From the IMG/VR virus record IMGVR_UViG_3300034024_000028: DNA of 17,023 nucleotides, one strand, 5' to 3'. This document shows positions 6,738 through 12,460 of the stretch, one piece after another. Position 1 is the first letter of the stretch. Each line of letters opens with the position of its first letter. The notes under the pieces are model-generated. The model was not told where the DNA came from, did no database searches, and saw nothing but the letters and a program-made list of their open reading frames with translations. The stretch is from a virus. The translations under genes and the position numbers were made by a program.

Positions 6738-7000
6738 GGTGGATCCCCCTTCATCTTCGGTTCCCCCGTACTCAGGTTGCATGGTGCGCACGCCGCCTGC
6801 AGATGGGCCAGGTTGTCAGCCCTGCAGCCGGCGCACTTCGTCTTGCCGTGGACGTGGTGGACGTGCCCACCCCGTAAGAGCGCGTGTACGCGGCACACGC
6901 CAGGTAGGGCCAGCTGGCAGCGGTAGCCGTCCCTGGCGAGCACCGTGGCCCGGATCCGGCGCCATCGGCGCGTCGAGCCGGATTCCCATCCCTCACTCAT
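6710..7000 (-). CDS. HNH endonuclease (terminase-associated type)
   Basis: WRRIRATVLARDGYRCQ...GGHVHHVHGK...ADNLAHLQAACAPCNLSTG fits the HNH pattern (RDG..C, HH, N, C..CN). I placed the start at ATG 7000 because it overlaps the upstream stop (ATGAGTGA). An alternative ATG lies at 7033. Confidence 0.85.
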   Translation of the reverse strand: MSEGWESGSTRRWRRIRATVLARDGYRCQLALPGVCRVHALLRGGHVHHVHGKTKCAGCRADNLAHLQAACAPCNLSTGEPKMKGDPPCKPMTRWA

Positions 7001-7184
7001 CAGGCGACTGATAGACCGTTGGCCCCTGAGCATGCTTCGACTGCAGATGCTGCAGCTTGCCCGCCTCCATCAGCCCAATGGCTTCGATCGTCGTCAGGTC
7101 CTCAGGAACGGTGACCTCAATGCCGATGAGCTTGGAGCTGATGTCTTCCACTAGCGCGATCTCGATGACTCTACGAACGATCAT
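6993..7184 (-). CDS. hypothetical 63-aa protein, first gene after the octamer-repeat intergenic region
   Basis: ATG at 7184 with an upstream GAAGAGGGG. The codon pattern is consistent with coding. Its stop overlaps the HNH start. Confidence 0.6.
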   Translation of the reverse strand: MIVRRVIEIALVEDISSKLIGIEVTVPEDLTTIEAIGLMEAGKLQHLQSKHAQGPTVYQSPDE

Positions 7185-7283
7185 GATCTTGGACCCCTCT
7201 TCGTCGGTGCTGATCTTCCGGAGCTAGAACGGAAGACCAGAAGAAGTAAAACCGCGGGCGTGTGCGTAGATACAGGGCAGATG

Positions 7284-7431
7284 TGCACCCCGCATATGCA
7301 CCCCTTGACAAACCACCATGTGGGGTGCAACGCGCGGGGAAGCGAATCTCAGAAGCGCTTCTGTGGTGCACATGTGCTATCCGCCCAGCTCAAGGGCCAT
7401 TTGATCATCAGGCGGGGTGCACTGGGGTGCA
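7284..7431. promoter_or_regulatory. cluster of GGGGTGCA / TGCACCCC octamers (iteron-like; candidate origin or operator array)
   Basis: - TGCACCCC at 7284-7291 and 7297-7304.
- Reverse complement GGGGTGCA at 7322-7329, 7414-7421 and 7424-7431.
- A 7/8 copy (GTGGTGCA) at 7363-7370.
- A 10-bp palindrome gcacatgtgc at 7368-7377.
The cluster spans the helicase stop codon (7377-7379) and the 192-bp gap that follows it. Confidence 0.6.
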
Positions 7432-8810
7432 TTTTGGGTGTGCTGATCAAGGGTGACGTTCAGCCACGGCTTGTCCCTGTCCTTGATGAACACGGTGCCA
7501 GCGATCCGCACCCCGTAGTACCCGCGCTGCCCGCGCTTGATGGCGTACCGCAAGCCGGCCTGCCGGAGCAGCTCACTGATGTGCTGCACCCCCGTGTGCC
7601 GGTTCGGGTCACCGGAGTCGTGGACCTCCCACTCCCGGAACGCCTGGACGAGAATGGTGCCCTTATTCCACGTGTCTTCGTCCCGGACCGCCACGGAATC
7701 GGGGTCATTGACCCATCGGATGACCCGGTTCGCCTTTTCGGCCAATTCCGCATGTGCCGTATCCGCTGATTCCCCGCGGGTGAATTGGCCCTCTCGCATG
7801 AGCTCCCGGAGTGCGTCGACTGCCTTGACCGCGATGCCGGCCAACTCTTCGGGCGTGGTGCACCGCGCGGACAGTGTCGGGTCCGGTTTCGTTGGCTCGT
7901 AAGGGAAGTTGATGACTTCCCAGCGCCGTAGCCACCCCTTCGACGAGTCCGACGAGCCGATCATGGCGTTGGCTGAGAAGATGGCCTTACCCCAGAACAG
8001 GAACTTGAAAGGGTCTTTTCCTTTCCTCTCCGCGTCGATTTTGTCGTCACCCGCCAGCTCTTTGATCCGCCCCGTGTCCTCGATGAACTTGGCGTCGATG
8101 TCGCCGCACACGTTCGCCAATTTCCCGTGCAATTCGGCCGTGGCGAACTGCGTTTCCGCGAACCTGCGTAGCGGGATGGCCGAGAAGTTGTCATCGCCCA
8201 GCAGCGCGCGCACCACGTTCAGCAGCACCCCCTTCCCGTTCCCGCCGCCGCCGGTCAGCAGGAACAGCCGTTGCAGCGGGTTGCCGGACATCATCAGATA
8301 CCCGAGCAGCTGCCAGGCACGGTTTCGGTCGTCCTCAGGGAGCACCGAGGCCAAGAACGCGTCGAACTCCGGGCACGTGGCCGCGGGATCCCACGTGATC
8401 GGTAGCTGCACGCTCGAGAGACACGCGTCGTGGTGATCGATCAGCACCGGATCCGGGTCACCCCGCCATCGCAGCAGCCCGGACCGCATGTTGATCAGGT
8501 CGGACACCGGGGCCACTTCGAACTCCGCGCACGTACCGGCCAGCACTTCGAGCGTGGCCCGCAGGTGAGCCGGCCGGTACCGCTCTCCGAGCAGATGCAC
8601 GACCCGGCGCCGAATCTCTTTGTCATCGGGGCGCCACACGCCGGCCCGGTACACCCAGAACGTTCCCGCGGCGTCGACGAGCACCGGCCCGGACGCCGTG
8701 ACCGCGTCCGCGAGCTTGCCGGCCTTCAGCCCGTAGTCCGGGTGAAAGTACGCGGCCCCTGTGGACCACGTCACCGAACGATCTCGATGCGAACTCCGGT
8801 CCGAAACCAC
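7377..8810 (-). CDS. D5/P4-alpha-type SF3 helicase (phage/plasmid primase C-terminal domain family NTPase); no recognisable primase or polymerase domain
   Basis: Walker A in RLFLLTGGGGNGKGVLLNVV. D5_N-like CPEFDAFLASVLPEDDRNRAWQLLGYLM upstream of it. Then DAERKGKDPFKFLFWGKAIFSANAMIGSSDSSKGWLRRWEVINFPYEP. The start is uncertain: GTG at 8810 gives the longest ORF, while GTG at 8774 overlaps a small upstream ORF as GTGA. Confidence 0.85.
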   Translation of the reverse strand: MVSDRSSHRDRSVTWSTGAAYFHPDYGLKAGKLADAVTASGPVLVDAAGTFWVYRAGVWRPDDKEIRRRVVHLLGERYRPAHLRATLEVLAGTCAEFEVAPVSDLINMRSGLLRWRGDPDPVLIDHHDACLSSVQLPITWDPAATCPEFDAFLASVLPEDDRNRAWQLLGYLMMSGNPLQRLFLLTGGGGNGKGVLLNVVRALLGDDNFSAIPLRRFAETQFATAELHGKLANVCGDIDAKFIEDTGRIKELAGDDKIDAERKGKDPFKFLFWGKAIFSANAMIGSSDSSKGWLRRWEVINFPYEPTKPDPTLSARCTTPEELAGIAVKAVDALRELMREGQFTRGESADTAHAELAEKANRVIRWVNDPDSVAVRDEDTWNKGTILVQAFREWEVHDSGDPNRHTGVQHISELLRQAGLRYAIKRGQRGYYGVRIAGTVFIKDRDKPWLNVTLDQHTQNAPQCTPPDDQMALELGG

Positions 8811-8890
8811 GTGACGTCAATCCACCATGTTCGCTCCACAGCGTGCCGCTCATACCCGACACGCAGCAGCGGTATCAGTCCGCCGATCAT
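8771..8890 (-). CDS. possible 39-aa bridging ORF (low confidence)
   Basis: ATG at 8890 overlaps the upstream stop (ATGA). Its TGA at 8773-8771 overlaps an in-frame GTG of the helicase (GTGA). The product is MIGGLIPLLRVGYERHAVERTWWIDVTWFRTGVRIEIVR, with GC3 about two thirds by my count. It conflicts with the 8810 helicase start. Confidence 0.25.
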   Translation of the reverse strand: MIGGLIPLLRVGYERHAVERTWWIDVTWFRTGVRIEIVR

Positions 8891-9105
8891 GAATCCCCCT
8901 CGTCTTTGGGCACCGCATAATTACCCTTATGGTGTAACTGCGTTCCGTACCGCTCGTCGAACGCGTCGCCGTACGTGTCAGCCAGGTACCGATCAAACGC
9001 CCGGGACACCCGGGCACGTTCCTTCGCCCGGTACGCCGCACGCCGTGCGTCGCGGACCGGGTCAGGCAGGATCGGCACGATGCGGGGCGGATCCCCCGCT
9101 GTCAT
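8887..9105 (-). CDS. hypothetical 72-aa early protein
   Basis: ATG at 9105 shares one nucleotide with the upstream stop (TGATG). The product is MTAGDPPRIVPILPDPVRDARRAAYRAKERARVSRAFDRYLADTYGDAFDERYG..., with high GC3. Confidence 0.7.
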   Translation of the reverse strand: MTAGDPPRIVPILPDPVRDARRAAYRAKERARVSRAFDRYLADTYGDAFDERYGTQLHHKGNYAVPKDEGDS

Positions 9106-9278
9106 CACTCACCCGGCGGACGGCATATCGGGCAGTCCAGACACGTTTGACCATCGTGAGGATGTACGCCGTGCCCCGGACACGGTGGCACCACGAGCCA
9201 CCCCCGCTCCGCCAGCCGTTGCGCGATGCGCAGGTCTACCATCCGCATCCGCGCTTCTGTCGCCGCTTGAGTCTTCAT
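9105..9278 (-). CDS. hypothetical 57-aa protein with a C-terminal four-Cys (zinc-ribbon-like) motif; apparently leaderless first gene of the minus-strand array
   Basis: This ORF is not in the supplied track (it is under 60 aa). My translation is MKTQAATEARMRMVDLRIAQRLAERGWLVVPPCPGHGVHPHDGQTCLDCPICRPPGE. It has good GC3 and no SD. The ATG lies 7 nt after a TACGTT -10-like hexamer. Confidence 0.55.
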   Translation of the reverse strand: MKTQAATEARMRMVDLRIAQRLAERGWLVVPPCPGHGVHPHDGQTCLDCPICRPPGE

Positions 9279-9285
9279 GGTCAGG

Positions 9286-9329
9286 AACGTAGGTCACGGT
9301 TGACGGTTTCGTCAACCGTGTGCGATGGT
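9286..9329. promoter_or_regulatory. palindrome 9295-9320 carrying two back-to-back TTGACG -35 boxes; putative divergent promoters and operator
   Basis: cacggttgacg-gttt-cgtcaaccgtg: 11-bp perfect arms with a 4-nt centre.
- Minus strand: TTGACG (9315..9310), 18 nt, TACGTT (9291..9286), 7 nt, then ATG at 9278.
- Plus strand: TTGACG (9300-9305), 18 nt, GATGGT (9324-9329). Confidence 0.45.
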
Positions 9330-9337
9330 TGCGCTGC

Positions 9338-9460
9338 GCCTCGGGAGCGGGACGCGGCGAGCGGCACAAGCACTGTGAGAGCCGAACCAGGCGAGGCAGT
9401 GAAGAACGGGGAGTAGTTCTCGAAACCCCTAGGACCGACGCTTTCCTCCGCTCCCGAGGC
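9338..9460 (+). promoter_or_regulatory. 13-bp perfect long-range inverted repeat enclosing 97 nt (structured 5' leader, small RNA, or paired protein-binding sites)
   Basis: gcctcgggagcgg (9338-9350) is the exact reverse complement of ccgctcccgaggc (9448-9460). The left arm starts where the putative plus-strand promoter would initiate. The right arm ends 7 nt before the AGGAGG at 9468-9473. A competing 6-bp partner, cgaggc, lies at 9392-9397. Confidence 0.55.
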
Positions 9461-9482
9461 TGTGACCAGGAGGTTTGCCCTC

Positions 9483-9845
9483 ATGATCATCAACCATCGC
9501 ACCGTGTGCGCTTGTCCATCGTGCGACCCCTACCCCGAGGAAGACACCATGCCCAGAGAAACAGCAGCACAACGCAAGAGCCGGATCAGCATGCTTCTGG
9601 CCGACTACGACGCCAAGTCCAGGGAGCTCCGCAAACTCACGAAACAGGTCGACGAGCTCAAGACGGAGATCCGCGACGCGGTGCCCGTCGGCACCTACGG
9701 GGAGTGGATCCGCTCGGAAGGTACCCCGCGGGAGATCCTCAATCAGCCGGCCGCACGCAAGGCCCTGACCGACGCCGGTCTCGAGGTGCCGACCCTGATG
9801 ACGGCCCCGCCCGTGATCGTGACCCCGGCGGCGGCGACGAAGTGA
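9483..9845 (+). CDS. hypothetical coiled-coil protein (120 aa) with an N-terminal CxCxxC motif
   Basis: AGGAGG (9468-9473), a 9-nt spacer, then ATG at 9483. The product is MIINHRTVCACPSCDPYPEEDTMPRETAAQRKSRISMLLADYDAKSRELRKLTKQVDELKTEIRD... An alternative internal start is ATG 9549, preceded by GAGGAAG. Confidence 0.7.
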   Translation: MIINHRTVCACPSCDPYPEEDTMPRETAAQRKSRISMLLADYDAKSRELRKLTKQVDELKTEIRDAVPVGTYGEWIRSEGTPREILNQPAARKALTDAGLEVPTLMTAPPVIVTPAAATK

Positions 9846-10237
9846 GCACCCCGATCAACGGGTACGGCGGCCCGGACCGCCGGGCTGGCGTCGACAGCGA
9901 CGGCAGCGTCCTGCACGGCCGGGCCATGCGTATCGCCGCGATCCACGCGTTTGCCGACTTCCTCGCGGACCGCCCGGACCTGCCGATGCCGCAGAGCATC
10001 GTGGCGCAGTACACCGTGACCGCCAACGACGAGATCGACGAGTGGACCCGGGTTGCATCGGTGATGTCCGTCCTGCACGGCATGGCCGCGTCACCCTACG
10101 AGGGTGAGCACACCGTGCAAGGTGATCTAGCCGTCGCGACGCTGAAGCTGCACGGTATCGAGATCACTTACCGGGCCGCGGCGATGAAGGATCCGACGCC
10201 GCCGAACCGGTACGTCACCAGAGAGACCGGGCGATGA
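9842..10237 (+). CDS. hypothetical protein (131 aa)
   Basis: GTG at 9842 overlaps the upstream stop (GTGA). GC3 is very high throughout. The product includes ...RIAAIHAFADFLADRPDLPMPQSIVAQYTVTANDEIDEWTRV... Confidence 0.75.
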   Translation: MSTPINGYGGPDRRAGVDSDGSVLHGRAMRIAAIHAFADFLADRPDLPMPQSIVAQYTVTANDEIDEWTRVASVMSVLHGMAASPYEGEHTVQGDLAVATLKLHGIEITYRAAAMKDPTPPNRYVTRETGR

Positions 10238-10410
10238 TGCAGATTAACGGGAAGATCACCACGCGCCTTCTGGCACTACTGAAGGCCGGGAAGCTTGACC
10301 AGTCCGCGATCCACCCCGGCCGGCCGGCCGACGCACCGCCGCCCAAGAAGGCCAAGAAGCTGCCCCGCGGTGTCGACGGACAGTCGCTCGGAAAGCGGGG
10401 CAAGAAGTGA
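10234..10410 (+). CDS. hypothetical small basic protein (58 aa, Lys-rich C-terminus)
   Basis: Not in the supplied track. There is an ATGA overlap at 10234. The product is MMQINGKITTRLLALLKAGKLDQSAIHPGRPADAPPPKKAKKLPRGVDGQSLGKRGKK, and its stop overlaps the next GTG start. Confidence 0.5.
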   Translation: MMQINGKITTRLLALLKAGKLDQSAIHPGRPADAPPPKKAKKLPRGVDGQSLGKRGKK

Positions 10411-10718
10411 GCGCCGGGGGATCCACGTGGCGTGACGACGACGACCCGGTCCGGCCGGCCGTCCCGCCCGTGCACTACGTCCGTGAGTACGACGGGCCGG
10501 ACGTCGTGTCCGGGCTGTGGATGCCGGAGGCAGAGCGCGAGATCCGGCGCCGCCCGTGGTGGCGATGGGCTATCGCCATCGGCGCCGTCCTCGTGGCTAC
10601 CGCCGTGATCGTGATCGTGGCCCTGCACGCTGGCGCCGCCGCTGCTGACAGCTTCGGTCCGCTGCTGCCCGCGGCCACCCCGTACCCGACACCGTTCCCG
10701 GGCGGGTGGACCCCGTGA
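10407..10718 (+). CDS. hypothetical single-pass membrane protein (103 aa)
   Basis: GTGA overlap start. It has one hydrophobic span, WWRWAIAIGAVLVATAVIVIVAL, preceded by RRRP. Confidence 0.65.
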   Translation: MSAGGSTWRDDDDPVRPAVPPVHYVREYDGPDVVSGLWMPEAEREIRRRPWWRWAIAIGAVLVATAVIVIVALHAGAAAADSFGPLLPAATPYPTPFPGGWTP

Positions 10719-10873
10719 TGTACGCAGCACCGGTGGTCCCGGGCAAGGATGGGGCACGGCGGCCGCCGCGGGCCACCGCACTGCCGTCCCGGCTCATCTG
10801 GCCGATCGATCCGCGGGTGGCGTACGAACTGTCCGGCCCGGCATGGCGCACACCAGCAGCATCGACCCGATAG
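10718..10873 (+). CDS. possible 51-aa ORF closing the plus-strand cassette
   Basis: Its ATG shares one nucleotide with the upstream TGA (TGATG). The product is MYAAPVVPGKDGARRPPRATALPSRLIWPIDPRVAYELSGPAWRTPAASTR. GC3 is mostly high, and it ends 33 nt before the terminator hairpin. Confidence 0.4.
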   Translation: MYAAPVVPGKDGARRPPRATALPSRLIWPIDPRVAYELSGPAWRTPAASTR

Positions 10874-10905
10874 CCTCAGGGGGCACGGATCCCCCGTGAA
10901 CGCAC

Positions 10906-10932
10906 CAGCCCCGGACCGATGGTCCGGGGCTG
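10906..10932. terminator. bidirectional hairpin terminator between convergent transcription units
   Basis: cagccccggacc (10906-10917) is the exact reverse complement of ggtccggggctg (10921-10932): a 12-bp perfect stem with a 3-nt centre, followed by ctgtgtgt on the plus strand. A weaker ggggg/ccccc hairpin lies at 10879-10895. The site sits between the plus-cassette end (10873) and the endolysin stop (10947). Confidence 0.6.
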
Positions 10933-10946
10933 CTGTGTGTCCAGGG

Positions 10947-11615
10947 TCAGACGTCGGTCGGCGGTGTCTCCGGAGGCACCACGACCGCGGCCACCTTGCG
11001 CAGCGTGTCCCGGGTCTCCACCACGACCTCCGCCATAGTGGCCCGATTCTCCCCGCGGCCTACCGCGTCATCCCATGCCGACGCGGCCGCGTCGAGCTTC
11101 GGGGACAGCTTCGCCACCACGGCGTTGACGATCTTGTCGATGTCCTGCTGATCCACGATCTCACCCATCTCGCGTAGACGCGCCGTGGTGGCCGGCATCG
11201 GCCACGGGGCGCTGATGTGCTCTTTCGACTGGCGGGATTGCCAATGCACGTGCTTGTCGTGAGGATTCTCGCCACCGTAGTACCGCTCCGACCAGTCGCC
11301 GAAGTCGCGGTTCGCAATCTTCCGATCATGGATCCAGAGCTGCCCGCGGCCGTACGGGTCACGCTCAAAGTCCGTCTTCATCGCCTCGATGACAGACCGC
11401 TCGAGATCGGTGCCGTTCGGGTCCGAAGAGCCGAGAACGTTGACGTCCATGTCGTTCGCGTCGACCGTGCCGTCAGCGTCTTCCTGATGCTGCGACGTCG
11501 ACCCGTGCGCCGCGTCCGCTCGGGCCCCGTCGGAGTCCGTGCCCCGCTTCAGCAGCAGCGCCACGTACGCGTTGCGCCACGCCGTCAGCGCCGCATTCAG
11601 ACCGCCCCAGCTCAC
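10947..11615 (-). CDS. putative endolysin (zinc peptidase-like, M15/LAS-type motifs; assignment tentative)
   Basis: 222 aa with a GTGA overlap to the holin-like gene. YYGGENPHDKHVHWQ resembles the GG.W...D..H.. motif of M15-type peptidases. The upstream STSQHQEDADGTVDANDMD is a loose match to S.H..G.A.D. It is the last gene of the array, directly after a 2-TM protein. Confidence 0.5.
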   Translation of the reverse strand: MSWGGLNAALTAWRNAYVALLLKRGTDSDGARADAAHGSTSQHQEDADGTVDANDMDVNVLGSSDPNGTDLERSVIEAMKTDFERDPYGRGQLWIHDRKIANRDFGDWSERYYGGENPHDKHVHWQSRQSKEHISAPWPMPATTARLREMGEIVDQQDIDKIVNAVVAKLSPKLDAAASAWDDAVGRGENRATMAEVVVETRDTLRKVAAVVVPPETPPTDV

Positions 11616-11911
11616 CGGACCGGCCCTACCTGCCCGGTGTCCTCTTCACGCTGCCGGTCCAGGGCCACCGTGACCGCCGTGGCGATGCGCGCGTCAAGAT
11701 CCCCGTTCGTCTGCTTCGCTGCCTGACCCGCGAAAGCCACGGCGCCGCCGGTGGCGAGCAGCGTCGCCAAGTTGACAACCGTGTTCAGGAACGACCGGAA
11801 CTCAGTACCGTCCGCGCCGATGGCCGACAGCCACGCGAACGCACCCACGACCGCCACAAACGCGACCGTGATGCACACCCACGCCGCGGCCGGGATCTTC
11901 GAAAGCTGCAC
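11612..11911 (-). CDS. holin-like membrane protein (99 aa, two predicted TM segments)
   Basis: GAGGGGGA, a 4-nt spacer, then GTG at 11911. TM1 is IPAAAWVCITVAFVAVVGAFAWL and TM2 is FLNTVVNLATLLATGGAVAFAG, followed by a charged C-terminus. It lies directly upstream of the lysin candidate. Confidence 0.55.
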   Translation of the reverse strand: MQLSKIPAAAWVCITVAFVAVVGAFAWLSAIGADGTEFRSFLNTVVNLATLLATGGAVAFAGQAAKQTNGDLDARIATAVTVALDRQREEDTGQVGPVR

Positions 11912-11964
11912 GTCTTCCCCCTCATGGATCAAGAGCCCCAGCGTACGCCGGGGGTACGACAGGA

Positions 11965-12456
11965 TTAGGGGTTCGTCGTGCGCCCGGTGAACCAGCACTC
12001 AAACCACGACGTGAACTGCGCCGACTGATTCGACGACGTCGCCGCATTGGGGTCAGCGATCAGCTCCACATAGTCCGTGGTGCCGTTCATGTAGACCAGT
12101 GCCCCGGCGCGCTGCCCGCGGGCATTAGCCGCGGCCGTGGTGCCCTCCCGCTGCCCGGACGCCACGTTGGTCACACCGTTCTTGCGGATCCACGTGGCGC
12201 ACACCGCGGCCGTCGACCCGTAGAAGGCGCCGCCCTCGAAGCGGTAGTACCCGGCTTTCGCCGGCGTGATCCGCGACGGGGTGCCCGCGGCATGAATGTT
12301 GTACGGGTCGAAATCCTCACCCGCGAAGTTCAGTGCCACGCCGCCGGCAGCGAGCACCTGCGTAGCCGTGGCCGTGAGACGACAGAGGATCAGGTCGATG
12401 GTTGCGGCACGGATATTCGCGTAGTCCGCGGCCAGGATCGGGTCACCAGCAGCCAC
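11965..12456 (-). CDS. minor tail protein / receptor-binding candidate with a C1q/TNF-like jelly-roll pattern
   Basis: 163 aa. The opening DPILAADYANIRAA is typical of actinophage tail fibre tips. The pattern ...ITPAKAGYYRFEGGAFYG...WIRKNGV...ALVYMNGTTDYVELIA... resembles C1q-like domains. It is the last tail gene before the lysis cassette. Confidence 0.55.
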   Translation of the reverse strand: MAAGDPILAADYANIRAATIDLILCRLTATATQVLAAGGVALNFAGEDFDPYNIHAAGTPSRITPAKAGYYRFEGGAFYGSTAAVCATWIRKNGVTNVASGQREGTTAAANARGQRAGALVYMNGTTDYVELIADPNAATSSNQSAQFTSWFECWFTGRTTNP

Positions 12457-12460
12457 CGGG

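Noticed and set aside
7305-7310. A perfect TTGACA -35 hexamer on the plus strand between two octamer copies
   Set aside because: No acceptable -10 (TAnnnT) lies 16-19 nt downstream on the plus strand, and no plus-strand gene follows. It is more likely part of the repeat or origin architecture.
7171-7371. 66-aa minus-strand ORF filling the helicase-to-63-aa intergenic gap
   Set aside because: It has no RBS and poor codon bias, and it overlaps the octamer repeats and a hairpin. It also overlaps the better-supported 63-aa gene start. I treat it as non-coding regulatory DNA.
9109-9369. 86-aa minus-strand ORF from the track that covers the early region
   Set aside because: It runs through the palindromic promoter element and has a low-complexity Arg/Ala/Ser-rich product. 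The overlapping 57-aa frame has better third-position GC and a TGATG junction with the next gene, and it starts directly after a -10-like hexamer.
9338-9460. A tRNA or other standard RNA gene within the 13-bp inverted repeat
   Set aside because: I could not fold the enclosed 97 nt into a cloverleaf, and I saw no conserved T-loop or D-loop boxes. A 13-bp closing stem is incompatible with a tRNA acceptor stem. I kept it only as an unclassified structured element.
10947-11615. Confident assignment of the 222-aa protein to a specific peptidase family
   Set aside because: Only the second motif (GGENPHDKHVHW) resembles M15/LAS enzymes. The first metal-binding motif matches only loosely. The call is therefore kept as a tentative endolysin, based mainly on its position after a 2-TM holin-like gene.
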